DNA of 64,000 nucleotides from a virus: IMG/VR virus record IMGVR_UViG_3300045988_129927; one strand, 5' to 3'. Shown piece by piece: positions 63,848 to 64,000 of this stretch (position 1 is its first letter; each line of letters starts with the position of its first letter). The notes under the pieces were generated by a model. It saw only the letters and a program-made list of their open reading frames with translations, ran no database searches and was not told where the DNA came from. The position numbers and the translations under genes were made by a program.

Positions 63848-63933
63848 GCGTGAGTGGCGAAACCAGGCAGCCGCGTAAGTGTTAGGTACTTATTCCGAAA
63901 GGAGTGAGAGTTCGAGTCTTTCTAGGTGCGCCA
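63848..63933 (+). tRNA. type II tRNA-like gene, Leu(UAG)-like, encoded CCA, defective acceptor stem
   Basis: D arm GCG-AAACCAGGCAGC-CGC, anticodon arm TAAGT-GTTAGGT-ACTTA, long variable arm TTCCGAAAGGAGT, T arm GAGAG-TTCGAGT-CTTTC, 3' end TAGGTGC-G-CCA. The 5' strand GCGTGAG pairs poorly with it: 2 Watson-Crick pairs, 3 G-U pairs, and G-G and A-A mismatches. Confidence 0.55.
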
Positions 63934-63941
63934 TTTTATAT

Positions 63942-64000
63942 TCCTCGATAGCTCAGTCGGTAGAGCGACGGACTGTTAATCCGCAGGTCCCTGGTTCGAG
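63942..64000 (+). tRNA. tRNA-Asn (anticodon GUU), truncated by window end
   Basis: TCCTCGA-TA-GCTC-AGTCGGTA-GAGC-G-ACGGA-CTGTTAA-TCCGC-AGGTC-CCTGG-TTCGAG... The CGGACTGTTAATCCG core is as in bacterial tRNA-Asn. Confidence 0.8.

Overview
This is an AT-rich segment of a large virulent, myovirus-type phage genome. A Gram-negative host is inferred from an outer-membrane autotransporter gene and a GH19 endolysin. About 75 tightly packed protein genes lie mostly on the minus strand. Most are hypothetical, and nearly every intergenic spacer holds a perfect G+C-rich hairpin.

Recognisable genes:
- a DNA-polymerase-B-like protein
- large terminase
- a sheath/tube-like pair of major virion genes followed by a free-standing HNH endonuclease
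- class Ia ribonucleotide reductase, with nrdA interrupted by one ORF-less group I intron and nrdB by two, leaving a 68-nt mini-exon
- a HAD phosphatase
- a complete YadA-type trimeric autotransporter adhesin
- a GH19 endolysin
- dCTP deaminase
- three tRNA or tRNA-like genes at the right end (Ile-UAU, an aberrant Leu-UAG-like type II gene, and Asn-GUU cut by the window edge)

I saw no rRNA, CRISPR array, integrase or transposase.

The most unusual content is noncoding:
- A 1.5-kb ORF-free divergent region (58153-59661) carries a G6T4C6 palindrome, a 60-nt C-rich pyrimidine tract, a 14-bp inverted repeat, iteron-like repeats, two tandem ~80-nt covarying hairpin elements and a continuous chain of further hairpins.
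- A 0.8-kb ORF-free region (55861-56488) contains a ~190-nt three-way-junction RNA candidate closed by a perfect 14-bp stem.
- Further ncRNA candidates lie at 4500-4890 and 19419-19668.

Several recurring regulatory modules are also described: a TATACTATTATAGTG box followed by a 5' hairpin, a hairpin followed by a TTATGTT box, and a TATATG-GAAAGAAGTA leader. I also report short genes missed by the ORF track.

All functional calls rest on motif reading by eye. No database search or folding calculation was run.
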